This document shows positions 13,822 through 26,125 of a stretch of DNA of 64,000 nucleotides, piece after piece (position 1 is the stretch's first letter; every line of letters starts with the position of its first letter). This DNA is from Pristiophorus japonicus. Taxonomy: Eukaryota. The position numbers and the translations under genes are program-made. Under the pieces are notes generated by a model. That model was not told where the DNA came from and ran no database searches. It saw nothing but the letters and a program-made list of their open reading frames with translations. The stretch is from contig NC_091999.1 in assembly GCF_044704955.1 (NCBI RefSeq), forward strand, positions 47,182,001 through 47,246,000. The letters run 5' to 3'.

Positions 13822-16789
13822 CTGCAGGGTTCAATTCTGCTGTGATCACATCAGGACTGAATCGTGTTCATTTTGACAGTCGGGCTGTGTTTCCCCTGTA
13901 ACTGGGCTGGATTTAATGTTCTGGATATCTGACAAATAAATCAGCTTTGGTTCCAACACACAGTGTGTCGATTCCTTGACTTCTCCAATATAAGTGGCGA
14001 CTAATTGTTGTCCTGTTACTAACTGTTCCTTTTTTGGATCTTTTCTCCTTCATTTAACAAAGACCTGCCCTTATGCAGCACCTCACATGACCTCAAAGTG
14101 CTTTACAGCCAATGAAGTGCAACAACACCAAAGTACATTTGAAGTGCATTCACTGTTGTAGTATAGGAAATGCAGCAGATGATTTGCACAAAGCAAGCTG
14201 CCATGAACAGCAATGGCCAGAGAATCTGTTTGAGTGATATTGGTTGAGAGCTGATGGGGCCTCGGTTGAACGACTCATGTGAAAGATGGCAACACTGACA
14301 TTGCAGCAATCCTGTGCAGTACCTGTCCTAGGAGTGTTTGATGGGACAGTGTAGAGGTAGCTTTACACTGTATCTAACCAGTACTGTACCTGTCCTGGGA
14401 GTTTTGATGGGACCGTGTAGAGAGAGCTTTACTCTGTATCTAACCCGTGCTGTACCTGCCCTGGGAATGTTTGTTGGGAAAGTGTAGAGAGAGCTTTACT
14501 CTGTATCTAACCCCGTGCTTTACCTGCCCTGGAAGTGCTTAAGGCAGACACAAGGTGCTCAGAATGACCCTTTCCCAAACACTGACATCCATCACCTCGA
14601 TGAGAACATCAATTAAGCCAAAGATAAGGAAAACCCATCAGTTCCTCCCCTGGACACAGATCCGGAGGGCCAGTGAGTGTCCCGAACATTGTTGTACAGT
14701 GTGTTCGATAGCTCACCCCTGGGTCTGAGCCTTTTGGTGATGATTTGAATTTGATGCCCTCGAGTTGCTGACTCACCGACTGGTGGAAATAGTTTTTCGT
14801 CACATACCGATCAAACTTTGAACACCTCCCTCAGATCTCCAATGACCCTTTGTTCTAATGAAAAGAGTCCCAGTTTCTCCAATCTGCCCTGTTAACTAAA
14901 GCCTCTCTTCCCTGGTATTATCTCAGTGAATCACTCTGCACCCTCTCCATGGGCTCGATATCCTTCCTGGTGTAAGATCCCCAAAACCTGACACAATACT
15001 CGAACTGCAGCCTAACCAATGATTTGTGCAGGTTTACATGACCTCTGCCCTTTTGTACTCCACACCCCTATTTATAAACCATAGGACCCCATGTGCTTCT
15101 TTAACCACGTTATCAACATAAAATGGCTAAAATACATTGACTTTGATTTCAATGAGCATCATGGGAAAGATAAGTTTAGTCTGAGTTAGAAACTCAAACA
15201 ATCGATTCACTGCAGACAGGTCACCTTGACAACACTGATCAGACATTCCATTCACTGAACTCACTGTTGCAATCTGTAATCAGCTCGGGGAAAGAACAGG
15301 GTTTGTCTGTGAGTAACCAGAATGTAAGCTTAAACCAGAGTGAGTAACACAATAGATTAGAATATAACGCGTGATGCTTATACCTATAATTGTGAAACTA
15401 TAAGAACTAACAACTAACAGCAGGCAGGGGAGTTTAGGGATAATGAGAAAATTACTGAAGAAAAGTAACTGCTGGGAACCAGGGAAAGTGTCCTTGTAAA
15501 TCACGGATTAGAGACGTTCCAGCTATCTTTTCCTCGTATCCTGCCCAAACCCAGCAGACAAGACAAAGAAGAGTCCAATGCCAGAGGTGGATCAGTGCAG
15601 GGTATAAAAGTGAGGAGTGACTGACGTAAGAGGACAGTGGGGACTAGAGACACCGTAGATCAAACTCAGGGCACCCGAGGTTCAATCCAGTTACTGTGGA
15701 CACGCGGGACTTGCATCTTTACTCTGATGTGGTAGAGCACAGAGAATCTGCTCAAGTTATATTTCTTAAAATATTAATGTTTCTCATAATAATCATTGAA
15801 TATATTTAAGGTGGAGATAGACATATTTTTGAGCGATCAGGGAGTGAAGGGTTATGGGGAGCGGGCAGGGAAGTGGATTTGAGGCCAGGATTAGATCAGC
15901 CATGATCTTATTGAATGACGGAGCAGGCTCGGGGAGCCAGATGGCCTACTCCTGCTCCGATTTCTTATGTTCTTGTGTTCTAACACTCGTCTCTCGATCC
16001 TCAATAAGACATGGAATTAGCTGGAATCCTACAACCCTAAATCTCTCTGCTCCTCTACTCCATTGAAAGTTTTACCATTTAATATACATTTCCTCCCTTT
16101 TTCTTCCTCCCGAAATCTATCGCAGCACATTTCTCTGCATTAACTTTCATTTCACATCTACCTGCCCAATTATTAACCTGTGTATTGACAATGAAGGCAC
16201 TTAAAGTCCTCTTCACAGTTAGCCATGAGCCCTTTTTGGTGTTCCCTGGAGATTTTGATCATGTGCCCCATATACCCAAGCCCAGATCATTTCTCTATAT
16301 TGAGCAGAGCAATGGTCCCAACACTTATCCTGGGGACACCACTTTTTACATCCCCCCAGTCTGAAGAACCTCCATTAACCGCCACTCTCTGTTTTCTGCC
16401 CTTGACCCAACTTCCTCTCCATGCTGCCCCACTCCATTTAATACTGTGAGCCTTAATTTGATCAACAAGCCTCCTGTCCGGCGCCTTATCGAACACCTTT
16501 TGACAATCCATCTACACAACATTTATTTCCTTTCTCACTGCACTGTGTGATTTCCTGAAACCCTGCTGCCTGTCCTGAATGAATCCATTTCACTAACAGA
16601 TGATGCAATGTTTGCTCCACCCCACAGGGTTCCATCTGTTTAAAGCCACAACACAAAGGTCCCGTTTCCTCCTGGAGTTTAAGAGACAACACTCCGCATT
16701 ATCCGCCGCCTCACAACCACCCGCCAGTTTCAGACACAGACTCTGGGACCACCAGGAAGTGCTGGGAAATCCCCAGCGAGTCAGGAAGT

Positions 16790-17985
16790 GTCTGTAACTG
16801 GGGGATAAATGGGGACTGGTCAGGGAGTGTCTGTAAATGGAGGAGAAATGGGGACTGGTCAGGGAGCGTCTGTAAATGGAGGAGAAATGGGGAGGGGTCA
16901 GGGAGTGTCTGTAAATGGAGGAGAAATGGGGACTGGTCACGGCGTGTCTGTAAATGGAGGAGAAATGGGGACTGGTCAGGGTGTGTCTGTAAATGGAGGA
17001 GAAATGGGGAGTGGCCAGGAAGTGTCTGTAAATGGAGGAGAAATGGGTACTGGTCAGGGAGTGTCTGTAAATGGAGGAGAAATGGGGACTGGTCAGGGAG
17101 TGTCTGTAAATGGAGGAGAAATGGGGACTGGTCAGGGAGTGTCTGTAAATGGAGGAGAAATGGGGACTGGTCAGGAAGCATCTGTAAATGGGGGAGAAAT
17201 GGGGACTGGTCAGGGAGTGTCTGTAAATGGAGGAGAAATGGGGACTGGTCAGGGAGTGTCTGTAAATGGAGGAGAAATGGGGACTGGTCAGGGAGTGTCT
17301 GTAAATGGAGGAGAAATAGCAACTGGTCAGGGTGCGTCCGTAAATGGAGAAATGGGGACTGGTCAGGGAGCATCTGTAAATGAAGGAGGAATGGGGACTG
17401 ATCAGGGAGTGTCTGTAAATGGAGGAGAAATGAGGACTGGTCAGGGAGTGTCTGTAAATGGAGGAGAAATGAGGACCGGTCAGGGAGTGTCTTTAAATGG
17501 AGGAGAAATGAGGACCGGTCAGGGAGTGTCTGTAAATGGGGACCGGTTAGGGAGCGTCTGTAAATGGAGGAGAAATGGGGAGTGTCAGGGAGTGTCTGTA
17601 AATGGAGGAGAAATAGCAACTGGTCAGGGAGCGTCCGTAAATGGAGAAATGGGGACTGGTCAGGGAGCATCTGTAAATGGAGGAGGAATGGGGACTGATC
17701 AGGGAGTGTCTGTAAATGGTGGAGAAATGAGGACCGGTCAGGGAGTGTCTGTAAATGGAGGAGAAATGAGGACCGGTCAGGTAGTGTCTGTAAATGGAGA
17801 AATGGGGACCGGTTAGGGAGCGTCTGTAAATGGAGGAGAAATGGGGACTGGTCAGGAAGCATCTGTAAATGGGGGAGAAATGGGGACTGGACAGGGAGTG
17901 TCCGTAAATGGAGAAATGGGGACCGGTCAGGGAGCGTGTGCAAATGGAGGGAAAATGGGGATTGGTCAGGGAGCGTCTGTAAATT
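16790..17985. repeat. 39-bp minisatellite, about 30 copies
   Basis: Unit gggactggtcagggagtgtctgtaaatggaggagaaatg, with 36-bp variants. Confidence 0.95.
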
Positions 17986-18181
17986 AATTAGACATTACTA
18001 TTTTTAGTGAACAAATGTATCATTTCCCGTGTCCCAGCTCCTGTAAATACTGGCCGTAAAGGGATCGAATCCTCAGGAGGCTCCACACTGCTGGCTGTTC
18101 ATGAGTCAGTGATCTCGCATCACATTCATGGGCTTCTGCTGTGTGTGTTTAATAAAGTGTCAGGAGCATTTCACAAACAGT

Positions 18182-18610
18182 GAGGAACCAGTGAGTGTAG
18201 AACTGAACCCAGCCAGAGTCAGTACCTTCAGGGGAGGGGAACCAGTGAGTGTAGAACTGAACCCAGCCAGATCCAGCACCTTCAGGGGAGGGGAACCAGT
18301 GAGTGTAGAACTGAACCCAGCCAGAGTCAGCACCATCAGGGGAAGGGAACTAGTGAGAGTAGAACTGAACCCAGCCAGAGTCAGTACCTTCAGGGGAGGG
18401 GAGCCAGTGAGTGTAAAACTGAACCCAGCCAGAGTCAGCACCTTCAGGGGAAGGGAATTAGTGAGAGTAGAACTGAACCCAGCCAGAGTCAGTACCTTCA
18501 GGGGAGGGAAGCCAGTGAGTGTAGAACTGAACCCAGCCAGAGCCAGTACCTTCAGGGGAGGGGAACCAGTGAGTGTAGAACTGAACCCAGCAAGAGTCAG
18601 TACCTTCAGG
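18182..18610 (+). repeat. Shorter-unit (~51-bp) variant of the ZNF-associated repeat, about 8 copies (copy C)
   Basis: ggaaccagtgagtgtagaactgaacccagccagagtcagtaccttcaggggagg repeated. Confidence 0.9.
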
Positions 18611-19459
18611 TGGGAGGGGGCGAGCCCGAGTTGGGGGAGGGGGAGAGACGGGGTTGGGGGAGCCGGAGTTGGGGGAGAGGGGGAGGGAGAAAGAACGAGT
18701 TGGGGGAGAGGGGTGGAGAGGGAGAGCCTGAGTTGGGGAGGGGGGATGGGGAGAGCACAAGTTGGGGGAGAGGGGGAGGGGAAGAGCCCGAGTTGGGGTA
18801 GATGGTTAGAGCCCGATTGAGGGGGAGGGGGGAGCCCGAATTGCGGGGGAGGGGGAGGAGGAAAGCCCGTGTTGGGGGAGAGAGGGACGGGGAGCCCGAG
18901 TTTGGGGAGAGGGGGAGGGGGAGCCCGAGTTGAGGGAGAGGTGGAGGGGGAGAGCCCGAGTTGGGGAAGAGGGGGAGAGCCCGAGTTGGGGGAAAGAGGG
19001 AGGGGGAGAGCCCGTGTTGGGGGAGAGGGTGAGGGAGGGGGAGAGCCCGAGTTGGGTGAGTGGGGGAGGGGGGAGCCCAAGTTATTTGGGGAGAGGGGGA
19101 AGGGGAGGAGCCTGAGTTGTGGGGAGGAGAGGAGCCCGAGTTGGGGGGTGGGGAGGAACCCCAGTTGGGGGAGGTGAGAAGCGCCAGTTGTGGGGGAGAG
19201 GAGTAGCCTCAGTTGCGGGGGGGGGGGTGTGGTGAGTAGCTCGAGTCGGGGGGGAGGGGAGGATATAGGAGCCCGAGTCAGAAGGAGATGGGAGGGTGGC
19301 GGAGCCCGAGTCGGGAGGGGAGGGAGCCCGAGCCAGAGTGTGGTGGGTGGGAGGGGAGGGAGCCCGAGTTGTGGGGGGAGGGTAGGGAGCCCGAGTTGAG
19401 CTGGGAGAGAGCCCGAGTTGGGGAGAGGAGGGGTGGGAGCCCGAGTTGGGGGAGGGGTG
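18611..19459 (+). repeat. G-rich degenerate repeat (gagcccgagttggggg...)
   Basis: More than 25 copies of a GAGCCCGAGTT-like core separated by G runs. Confidence 0.9.
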
Positions 19460-21981
19460 TGTTGTGCATCTGTAAAGCATGCACTCCCATGTTCTGCCAA
19501 CAGGGAGCACATCCCCTGAAGTCCCAAGGGATCCCAGCATCCCTTGGGAGCACTGTACATAAGCCGGCCCCTAAGGCCTGTTCCTCATTCTGGAATGCCT
19601 TAATATAGACTGAGGTCACTGTTACTTTAATCTCCCTGTGTGCAGTCTGATCTCTGTTAGGAACACAATAACTGGCGACGAGTATGCAAATCCAATGGAA
19701 AGATGCAGCAAACTGTTGGCGTCCTGGAGAAGGTCTTGGAGGATGGGAACTAGGAAGCCTATGTCGAACGGCTAAACCATTACTTTGTAGCCAATGAGCT
19801 GGACGGAGAAGGAAGCGCTGCGAAAAGGAGAGCAGACCTCCTCACGGTTTGCGGGGCACCGACCTACAGCCTCATGAAGAATCTTCTGGCTTCAGTGAAA
19901 CTCACAGATAAGTCGTATGAGGAGCTGTGTACACTGGTTCGGGAGCATCTTAACCCGAGGGAGAGCGTGCTGATGGCGTGATATCGGTTCTACATGTGCC
20001 AGCGATCTGAAGGTCAGGAAGTGGCGAGCTACATCGCCGAGCTAAGGCGACTTGCAGGACAATGTGAATATGATGGCTACCTGGAGCAGCTGCTCGGAGA
20101 CTTTTTTGTACTGGGCATTGGCCACGAGACCATCTGACGAAAACTTTTGACTTTAGAGACACCGACCCTCAGTAAGGCCATTGAAATAGCACAGGCGTTT
20201 ATGTCCGTCAGTGATAACACCAAACAAATCTCTCAGCACACAAGTGCTATCAATGTTCACAAATTAATTGGAACTGTGTTTGTGAGCAGAAATGTACAGG
20301 GCAGAAACCACGTGTTTGCAATTGCCAGAAGGCCTCAGGTGACCCAGATGACTCAGAGTCCGCAACAAAGGATCAATGCAAGGTAATTCACACCTTGTTG
20401 GCGTTGTGGAGGCTTCCATTCAGCCTATTCATGCCGCTCCAAAGGGTATGTTTGCAACAGCTGTGGAACAATGGGGCTGCTCCAACGAGCTTGCAGACGA
20501 GCTGCAAGCTCTGCAAAACCTGCTGACCACCACGTGGCAGAGGAAGATCGGTCCATGGTGGATAAAAGCAATTTCGAGCCTCAGAGAGAGGAGGCAGATG
20601 CTGAAGTACACGGGCTGTACATATTTTCGACAAAATGTCCACCTATAATGCTAAATGTAAAATTGAATGGGTTACCCGTAGCCATGGAACTGGACACTGG
20701 CGCTTGCCAATCCATCATGGGTAAAAAGATGTTTGAGAGACTGTGGTGCAACAAGGCACTCATACCAGCCCTGAGCCCCATGCACACGAAACTGAGAACG
20801 TACACCAAAGAGCTCATCACTGTCCTGCGCAGCGCCATGGTCAAGGTCACCTATGAGGGCACGGTGCATGAACTGCCACTCTGGATTGTCCCGGGCGATG
20901 GCCCCACACTGCTTGGAAGGAGTTGGCTGGGCAAAATCCGCTGGAACTGGGATGACATCCGAGCGCTATCACATGTCGATGAGGCCTCATGTAGCCAGGT
21001 TCTTAAAAATATCCTTCCCTTTTTGAGCCAGGCATTAGACATTTTTACCGGGGCGAAGGTGCTCATCCACTTGGTCCCAGAGGTACGGCCCATTCACTAC
21101 AAGCTGCGAGCGGTACCTCACATGATGAGGGAGAGAGTGGAAATCGAGTTGGACAGGCTGCAACGCGAGGACATCATCTCCCCAGTGGAATTCAGTGAGT
21201 GGGCCAGCCCGATTGTTCCAAAGTGATGGCACGGTCAGGATTTGTGGCGATTATAAAGTAACTATTAATTATTTCTCGCTACAGGACCAATACCCACTAT
21301 CTAAGGCAGACTACCTATTTGCGACGCTGACAGGAGGCAAGACGTACACCAAGCTCGACCTGACTTCGGCCTACATGACGCAGGAGTTGGAGGAGTCTTC
21401 GAAGGGCCTCAACTGCATCAACACGCACAAGGGACTGTTCATCTCCAACAGATGCCCGTTTGGAATTCGGTTAGCTGTAGCGATCTTCCAGAGAAACATG
21501 GAGAGCCTATTCAAGTCAGTACCATGCACAGTGGTCTTTCAGGACGACATATTGGTCATGGGTCGGGACACTGTGGAGCACGTACAAACCTAGAGGGGGT
21601 CCTCCAGCGAATGGATCGCGTAGGGCTGCGGCTGAAGAGGTCGAAATGCGTTTTCATGGCAACAGAAGTGGAGTTTCTGGGGAGAAAGATCGCGGCGGAC
21701 GGCATTCGGCCCACAGACGTCAAGACTGAGGCGATCAGGAACGCGCCCAGGCCACAGAACATCATGGAGCTGAGGTCGTTCCTGGGACTTCTCAACTATT
21801 TTGGCAACTTCCTACCGGGTTAAGCACCCTCTTAGAGCTCCTACATGTGTTATTGCGTAAAGGTGAGAACTGGGTATGGGGGAAAAAAACAAGTAATTGT
21901 TTTTGAGAAAGCCAGAAACATTTTATGCTCCAACAAGCTGCTTGTATTCTATAACCTGTGTAAAAGACTTGTGCGAGCATG
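19460..21981 (+). mobile_element. Ty3/Gypsy LTR retrotransposon, 5' part, truncated at the start of RNase H
   Basis: 5' LTR 19460-19670 (TGTTGTG...CACAATA), PBS TGGCGACGAG at 19673, gag from 19703 with knuckle CWRCGGFH, protease MELDTGA, RT WASPIVP...RICGDYK...FQDD...LRSFLGLLNY. Several stops and frameshifts. Confidence 0.92.
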
Positions 21982-22511
21982 TGTTTTGGATCGATAATAA
22001 TAGATCCAGATTCGGGATCTGGATGAATGTTAAATAAGAGACAAGACAAATGAAGTAAAGATAAAACACCATTTACTGAGAGAAAGGAAACATCATAGAG
22101 TTTACGAAGAAAAGGGAAGTATGATAAGATGCAACAAAGGTCACGGCCTTCGGCCCGTCGGGAACTCCACAACGACGGCTGGTCTGGAGCCTTAGGGGTC
22201 CCGGCACCACTCGCGAATCCTGGTCTAAGGTGAAATTCAAAGAGCTACTGGTCAGTTCCGTTCCTTTACACTATTGAATAAACATGGGTGCATGTGGCTT
22301 ATGGACAACTCCTAATCTGTAAGTCCCCAGCTTTTCTTCCACAAAGCATGAGGCCTCGAGGCGCTGATCGTCCCATAAACAAGATGGTGTGCGCATCAAG
22401 GTCTCTCTCTCTCTCTGGATCAACAACATTCCACGAGGCATGAAGCAGAATACACACTGTAAGTGTCGGAATATCATAATTAACCCTATGTGATTAACCC
22501 TATACAATACA
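21982..22511 (-). repeat. ERV 3' LTR
   Basis: TG...CA termini on the minus strand, preceded by a degenerate purine tract AAGATTGGAT. Confidence 0.92.
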
Positions 22512-22608
22512 ATCCAATCTTGATATTTAGACATTCTAAGTAATATAATCGAGTTGAAAGCGTAGTGCATCAGTTACATATTGTGTATGCGCGAACAACG
22601 CCCACAAT

Positions 22609-23034
22609 CTACATCAAAGAATACATACATATCAGAAATAACGCGATGAGTAAAACAACGATAGGATGTAGTAACAGCTTCAAAGCGGCAGATGTCTTTG
22701 GGGACCATCCGTAAAAGATATCCCACCAATGGTGTACCGTAAGGTCAGTGACAGTTGTCGCAACTCTGACCAAGGCGCCTTCACTGTAACTCATAGCAAC
22801 TTGCAGAGTATGAAGAGTACGCCCTCGTTTGCTCAATTCGTCAGTGACCTTTTGATTATCTTTTAGAAATTGAGCTTAACGAGTTAGGTCTACAGTGGGA
22901 GGAAGGTTAGTAATTGTCTTGCGTACGATCAGTGTTAGCTATCCGCCACCCCATGCTGTGTTTGAGGATGGAAGTAGCACAGTCACAGATAAGGAGACAC
23001 AGAGGCTGGCCAGCACGAGTTGGTAAGTCGCCAT
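22609..23034 (-). pseudogene. env: Internally deleted env remnant (signal peptide plus membrane-proximal/TM region)
   Basis: One frame from MATYQLVLASLCVSLSVTVLL to HHWWDIFYGWSP...LLLHPIVVLLIALFLICMYSL, with two internal stops. Confidence 0.7.
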
Positions 23035-23076
23035 TTTGGGCAGAATTCCTGTGGGAGGAATCATAATTATATTAAT

Positions 23077-26070
23077 TCAGCCCCGTTTAGTCAATTTACC
23101 CTTGTCAACAGAGAGAGGAAAATCTTGACCCGTCAGGAGCACACAATAAGTGTTTCGTTCTCCTTTCACTAAGATTTCCCCTGCTTGTAAGCGTTTCTGG
23201 GGGTACTGCACCCACACTTTTCCTCCTTCACAAACTGTGTCCTGAGTCTGATTTTCTTTTTCAATAGTAGGGACACTAACTTTGCCTAACATGTGGCTTA
23301 TGGGAGTTCCCCCCAACAATGGTCGGTGATTCAGATTGCGCACTGCTTGTGGTAAGATCTTTAACCACCCTTGCAATGTGTTAGTGGGAGTTAATATTTT
23401 AATCTGTTGTTTAAGTAATCCATTCATGCGTTCCATTAAACCTGCAGCTTGCGGATAGTAAGGTTTGTGAAACATCCAATAGATCTCGTTGTCTACCGCC
23501 CACCGTTGCACTGTTTGACCTGTGAAGTGCGACCCATTATCGGACTGTACTTCTGCTGGCTCACTGTAGTATGTGATTAAATTCTCCAGTCCTTTAATTG
23601 TACTTGGTTGATTCGCTTTAGTCACTGGATAAGCGAACAAAAGTATAGAATAGGTATCAACAACAATGAGCAAATATTGGAACCGTTGTTGCAATGGTAA
23701 AGGTCCTACATCATCAACTTGCCATGTTTCTGCTGGTTGAGTCCCTCTCTTAATATGGCACCGTGTTGTCGTTGTTGGGGAAAATGCTTCACCTTTTGAC
23801 AAATTTCACAGGTGTTTATGATCTGATTAACACCGTCCGTCGTCAAATGTAACCCCCTATTTCGTGCCCACTATATCGTACCCTGAGTGCCCAAATATCT
23901 AGATTTGTGGTGGACCCACTTGCCTATGCCATATTCTTCCTCTTCCGCCTCTTTGACAGCCCGTACCCGGGCTATATTATCAACGGTGTTATTATATTCA
24001 GAGGTCTTTGAAGTATTTTTCATGTGAGTATCCACATGATATACAGTTATTTTCATCTTCTGGGCTTTGGACCATATTTGTTCCCATAGGTATTTTCCCC
24101 ACAAGTCTTTCCCAGTTATTTGCCAGTTATGTTCATGCCAGTTTCGCATTCAGCCCGCCATGCCATTGGCTACTGCCCATGCGTCAGTATATATGTTTAC
24201 TTGTTGCTGTTCCTCTTCTAACGCAAGGAATACAGCTGCTAGTTCTGCTTGCTGGCTGGAGCCTCCCACGCCCTCATCATGCACAATTGTCTGGGTTTTT
24301 GTATTGAAGGCAGCGGCTCGCCATCGCCGAAAGCCATTTCGCCAGACCGCTGAGCCACCTGTGAACCAGGCATGGCTACGTTCTTCGGGTGTTAACTGTT
24401 CAAAAGACACGCCCCAGGGGATCGGTGACTCTTTGGTTAAACTGACAGACGACTGCGTAAGTTCACTCTCAACTGTTTGTGGGTATTCAGCCACATGCTC
24501 ATGTAGCCGGGTGATTCCTTCTTTCCCTTTACTTGCTCTGTCTGCGATATACCATTTCGAGCGCACTATGGAGCTTTGCTGCACTCGCCCGACCTTATGT
24601 GTCTCATTTTCTGAGAGAACCCAGGATAATATGGGTAGGTCTGGTCTTAAACTGACTTTGGCGTCCCCTGTCTGTCCTTCTGATTCTGTAAGGGCCCAAT
24701 AACATGCTAATAATTGTTTCTCAAATGGAGTGTAACGAGCAGCAGCATCTGTCAATGTTCTAGACCATAACCCTAACGATATACGAGTGCCATGTTGAAC
24801 CTGCCACAAACTTCATATTGCAGTATCATTGGTAACGGATACCTGGAGCTCAAAAGGCTGTCCAGGCACTCGTGGGGCTAGGGGTAAAGCTTGAGCTACG
24901 GCTTCTTTGGCTGCATGTTGTTCCTTTCCCCACTCGAAGTGGGCCTTTTTTCGTGTTACGGCATACAACGGTTTTAAAAGCATCGTGAGGTGAGGGTTGT
25001 GTCTCCTCCAGTAACTCAATAGTCCCACGAACCGTTGTGTCTCAGTTTTATTCGTGGAGGTGGCCATTTCTTGAATGTTATTCTTCACAGGCTCGGGTAT
25101 GACGCGCTCACCCCGAGACCATTGGATCCCCAGAAACTGGACAATCTGGCTCGGGCCCTGCATCTTCTTCGGATTTATCTCCCAGCCCCTGTCTCTCATG
25201 TGTTGGACTAAAGTAGCTAGGGCTTCTGACACCACAGCCTCGGTGGGACCCCTTATTAGTACATCATCGATGTAGTGTGCCAGTGAGGCATTAGGAGCCA
25301 ACGTGCACATGTCCAGGTCCCGGGCCACCAATCCTTGGCATAGGGTAGCGCTATGTCGGTAACCTTGAGGTAGGCCTTTAAACGTGTATTGTCTCCCTTC
25401 CCAAGTGAATGCAAACTGGTCCTGGGATTCTTTCGCTATTGGAATGGAGAAAAAGGCATTGGCCAGGTCGGTAACCGCATACCACTCCGCACCTTCTTGA
25501 GACAGCCGCTCTGTTATAGTTACTACATCTGGGACAGCAGTTGCCAGGAGAGGGGCACATTTGTTCAGTTGTCGGTAATCCGCAGTCATCCTCCAACTTT
25601 TGTCGGATTTCTGCACACGCCAAACAGGGCTATTGTAGGGGGACACCACATGTCTAATGATTCCTGCCTCCAAGAGCCCTTGTATGGTTTCCCCTATTTC
25701 TTTGTGTCCCCCAGGTATGCGGTACTGTTTCATAGTCACTATACGCGATGGCCATGGTATTACCACTGGTTCCTACTTTGCTTCCCTGCAATCTCAGTGA
25801 TCGCCCATATCCCGAATGAGAATCGCCCAAACGAGTTGTTGTGTGTGATTCCCTTTAAAAGGTCCATCCCAATAATATGTTCCTTTACTGCCGATATTAA
25901 GACCGTTACCCAGCGCGGAGGCCCATTTCCCAACGCCATTTTGATAGTTGTTCGGACAGCGGGCGTTTCTGCCCCTCCGAACCCATTAATCATCACACGG
26001 GTCCCTGTGTGTTTCCTAGGGTTTCCATGGATAATAGTAACTTCTGCCCCTGTGTCTAGTAAAGCAACAT
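23077..26070 (-). pseudogene. pol: ERV pro-pol (PR-RT-RNaseH-IN), disrupted
   Basis: ORFs 24813-25766 (RT), 24150-24809 and 23871-24149 (tether/RNase H; WFTGGS instead of WFTDGS), 23077-23802 (integrase). Confidence 0.92.
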
Positions 26071-26125
26071 CTCTTTGTATGTTCGCCCCTGCCCCGCCAC
26101 TGTATCGTAATCGGAATGTGTGGCC

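Noticed and set aside
15320-16030. Possible solo LTR (TATAAAA at 15603) interrupted by a CR1 tail
   Set aside because: Could not define termini or a TSD by eye.
16711-17943. 410-aa and 335-aa ORFs
   Set aside because: Translations of the 39-bp minisatellite; no evidence of a gene.
18128-19560. 466-aa proline-rich and 230-aa ORFs
   Set aside because: Products of tandem and G-rich repeats lacking stop codons.
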